Shown here one piece after another: positions 60,940-64,000 of a stretch of 64,000 nt of DNA. Both the position numbers and the translations under genes were made by a program. Source of the stretch: Heptranchias perlo (Eukaryota). The stretch lies in assembly GCF_035084215.1 (NCBI RefSeq), contig NC_090334.1:73966001-74030000 (forward strand), given 5' to 3'. A model generated the notes under the pieces. The model was not told the DNA's origin, did no database searches, and worked only from the letters and a program-made list of their open reading frames with translations. Position 1 is the stretch's first letter. Each line of letters begins with the position of its first letter.

Positions 60940-61158
60940 AAATAAAAAGAGAAAATGCTGGAAAAGTTCAGCAAGTGAGGTAGCATCTGTGGAGAAAGAA
61001 ACAGAGTTAACATTTCAGGTCGAAGACCTTTCGTCAGCACTTTGACCTGAAACGTTAACTCTGTTTCTTTCTCCACAGATGCTGCCTGACTTGCTGAGCT
61101 TCTTCAGCATTTTCTGTTTTTATTTCAGATTTCCAGCATCTGCAGTATTTTGCTTTTG
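60940..61158. mobile_element. Fold-back mini element with hammerhead core, inserted in an old CR1(-)
   Basis: Imperfect ~80-bp inverted arms (60941-61021 / 61044-61124) plus a short 3' extension; minus strand CTGACGA-A-AGGTC-ttc-GACCT-GAAA-TGTT at 61007-61037. Confidence 0.75.
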
Positions 61159-61394
61159 ATTTAATGGATTCTAAGAATTTGCCTACAACTGATGTTAGAC
61201 GAACTGGGTCTATTGCTACCTGGTAGATCCTTCCCTCTCTTAAATAGAGGTGTTATATTGACAATCCTCCTGTCCCTTGGAAAAAAAATTGCCATTCTAA
61301 AGAGGATTAAAAAATTGTGGTAGGTCTCTCAGCTATCACCTCTCTGACTGCCTAGAATGTATGCACTCATTTCCTGGTGACATCCACCTTGCAT

Positions 61395-61745
61395 TAGGGA
61401 GGGATAAACATCAGCCAATGTTTCCACTCCTGATTATCCAGTGGATGTTGGGTGAAGACAGGATCAAGCTTGGCTTGAAGTCCTCTATGCTCCACCAGTT
61501 TGGCATCGCACATGTAGAGTGGCCATTCAGGCACAGTACTGGAGGGCTGCTGGCCCCTTTGCACAAATTGGCTGGCACCTTCATCTACAAAAAAACAGCA
61601 ACTGCACTTCAGGAATAATTAATTGGGATGTGAAGCACTTCCTGAGAACATGAGAGGCACTATATAAGTTCTTTGTAAACATACTCCAGCAATGAGTCAA
61701 AGCTTTCAGGAGAGGAGGGGGAGAAAATTGGCAAAGGGGAAAAAA
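61395..61745 (+). mobile_element. AmnSINE2-like SINE, degenerate
   Basis: TCAGCCAATG..CTCCTGATTATCCAGTG..GGGTGAAGACAGGATCAAGCTTGGC..TTCAGGAGAGGAGGGGGAGAAAATTGG. Confidence 0.55.
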
Positions 61746-61854
61746 AAACCATATTCAATATTTCAACAGGTGGTTTTACTGATACTAATAAATTCCAGAA
61801 GCTATCTTTTATCTGCCAAGGGAAACCAACTTTCAAAATAGAAGCTTCTTTTGC

Positions 61855-62402
61855 GTCAGCTTGACTTAGTAGTACTCTTGCCTCTGGTTGTTGTTTCCAG
61901 TCCCATACCAGTTTGAGCTTACAATCTGTGCTGGCACTCCACTGCAGTACTGACGGAGTGTCGCATTGCTGGATGTGCCATCCTTCAGGTGAGGTATTTA
62001 ATCCGAGGCTCCCGTCTGTCTGCTCAGTAGTTCAGGTGGTCGTAAAGATCCCACGGCACGATTGAAAGAACAGCGGTTCTCCTTGCATCTCGGACGACAT
62101 TACTCTCTTAATCAACATCAAGAACAGATTGCCGTCCATCTCATTGCTGTGTGCAGAATGGCTGACGTAATCGTTATCGCACTTCAAAGTAATTGCTTTG
62201 AGGTGTTTCTGACAGACAACAACAACTTGCATTTATATAATGTTTTTAGCATTGTAAAATGTCCCAAGACAAGATAACATGCCCCTATATATTGCTATAT
62301 TACAACAGTGACTACATTTCAAAAGTACTTAATTGGCTGTAAAGTGATTTGGGACGTCCCGAGGTCGTGAAAGGTGCTGTATAAATGCAAGTCTTTCTTT
62401 CT
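61855..62402 (+). mobile_element. DeuSINE copies (full ~61855-62215; 3' fragment ~62295-62402)
   Basis: GCAGTACTGACGGAGTG..GTAAAGATCCCACGGCAC; TTGGCTGTAAAGTGATTTGGGACGTCCCGAGGTCGTGAAAGGTGCTGTATAAATGCAAG. Confidence 0.7.
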
Positions 62403-62946
62403 GTAGAAATGCGAGTCTTTCTTTCTGTAGAAATGCGAGTCTTTCTTTCTGTAGAAATGCGAGTCTTTCTTTCTGTAGAAATGCGAGTCTTTCTTTCTGT
62501 AGAAATGCGAGTCTTTCTTTCTGTAGAAATGCGAGTCTTTCTTTCTGTAGAAATGCGAGTCTTTCTTTCTGTAGAAATGCGAGTCTTTCTTTCTGTAGAA
62601 ATGCGAGTCTTTCTTTCTGTAGAAATGCGAGTCTTTCTTTCTGTAGAAATGTGAGTCTTTCTTTCTTTCTGTAGAAATGCGAGTCTTTCTTTCTGTAGAA
62701 ATGCGAGTCTTTCTTTCTGTAGAAATGCGAGTCTTTCTTTCTGTAGAAATGCGAGTCTTTCTTTCTGTAGAAATGCGAGTCTTTCTTTCTGTAGAAATGC
62801 GAGTCTTTCTTTCTGTAGAAATGCGAGTCTTTCTTTCTGTAGAAATGCGAGTCTTTTTTTCTGTAGAAATGCGAGTCTTTCTTTCTGTAGAAATGCGAGT
62901 CTTTCTGTAGAATGCAAGTCTTTTTTATTCTATATAAATGCAAGTT
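62377..62946. repeat. 24-bp minisatellite (CTGTAGAAATGCGAGTCTTTCTTT)n, about 23 units
   Basis: Near-perfect tandem units without spacers, continuous with the SINE 3' tail. Confidence 0.97.
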
Positions 62947-63759
62947 TGTTTTCCCAAGGGTTGCTGCTTGTCAGCAGATAATGTCCTCACACTACTTACT
63001 AAAATACACAGGGGGAAACTAAAAAAAGCCAGGTGAAGTCACCTTTTTTGTTCCAAATGGTGAGATTTCAAATACACAGGTGTTTGCTTGTGATATGCAA
63101 GAGAGTTTTGTGGTAATGAATATCCTGTTTGGAAATCAGCTGAACACAACAGGACTCTAACTGTGACCTAACCAATGTCGTGCCCAAATTTATCATTATT
63201 TCTTTACTCTTGTACTCAATGTTCCCATTTATAAAACCCAAAATACCCATGGCCTTTTTATGGCTTTATCTGCCTGCATTCGCACTTTCAGAGAATTGGG
63301 TCTCTGTTCAACTTTTAGTGTCTTTCCAATGAGTGTATTCTCCCATTCCTTGGTTTTCCTCCTGAAATATTTTGCCCCGCATTAACTAGCAACTGCCACC
63401 TTTCTGCCCATTCTGCTAATCTGTCCATGTCTTCCTGATATTGGCAGTAGCATGCATCTTCCTCATAAACCCAACCTGGTCTGGATTAACTAGGCGACGG
63501 AGCCCTTTGTCAACCAGAAACTCTTAGTAAAGATATTGCGATCAGCACTTATAAGGAAAATGAGTCAATACCCAGCATAGCCTAAGGGATCCTCATCATT
63601 TTTATAAATTTAAGGCTGCAGTGTCTTATAGCTATGGGTCTTAGATTATCAGCTGTAGTATTGATTCACAACTGGGAGTATATAGTAACTCACTCCCAAT
63701 CTAACTCTCCCACCAGAAGAGGGCTCTGTCCATGTATGTTAACGCCCATGTGCAGAACT

Positions 63760-63990
63760 CTGAGGTAGATGACTCTTGTTAGGGGTACGATTCCACAAGT
63801 AACTGGTAGCCCCCTGATAGCTTGCCGACGTGGCTATTCTTCATGAGTCAACCTAGACAAGGATTGAGACAGGCAATTTGACCATCAGGGGCATCACAGC
63901 TGAGCTTACCTGATATCCACGTACACTTTTCAGCAGAGGGCGCTCAATCGATCCAGAATGGGAATTCTGGCTGATTTCACTTCCTCACCA
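63760..63990 (-). mobile_element. AmnSINE2-like SINE
   Basis: + strand GGGGTACGATTCCAC..GTGGCTATTCTTCATG..GGGCATCACAGCTGAGC..TTCTGGCTGATTT matches the other copies. Confidence 0.55.
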
Positions 63991-64000
63991 CCATCCATCT

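Noticed and set aside
62312-62943. CRISPR-like array or repeat-protein ORFs (LAFLQKER)n
   Set aside because: Units are directly tandem with no unique spacers, no cas genes, and derive from a SINE tail in eukaryotic DNA.

Overview
Vertebrate nuclear DNA, most likely a cartilaginous fish (inferred from the CR1/L2/Penelope/DeuSINE repeat landscape). It holds the conserved ALKBH1(-)/SLIRP(+)/SNW1(-) cluster. Only the first coding exon of ALKBH1 was found; SLIRP is complete (4 exons, 95 aa) and SNW1/SKIP is complete (14 coding exons, 537 aa), all traced by hand with GT-AG junctions in phase. Introns are packed with often nested CR1, L2, RTE and Penelope-like retroelements and ancient SINEs. Highlights: (1) small fold-back Penelope-derived elements carrying minimal hammerhead ribozymes, including a perfect 95-bp-arm palindrome; (2) a tandem array of TCF/LEF and CRE sites just upstream of the SNW1 ATG, plus paired ZNF143-type motifs suggesting a divergent promoter; (3) two near-identical inverted CR1 copies whose recombination would give in-frame SLIRP/SNW1 fusions; (4) a cis-templated inverted insertion in one young CR1; (5) probable SLIRP/SNW1 3' overlap. 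Family names are from recalled sequences, not database searches, and repeat boundaries are approximate.
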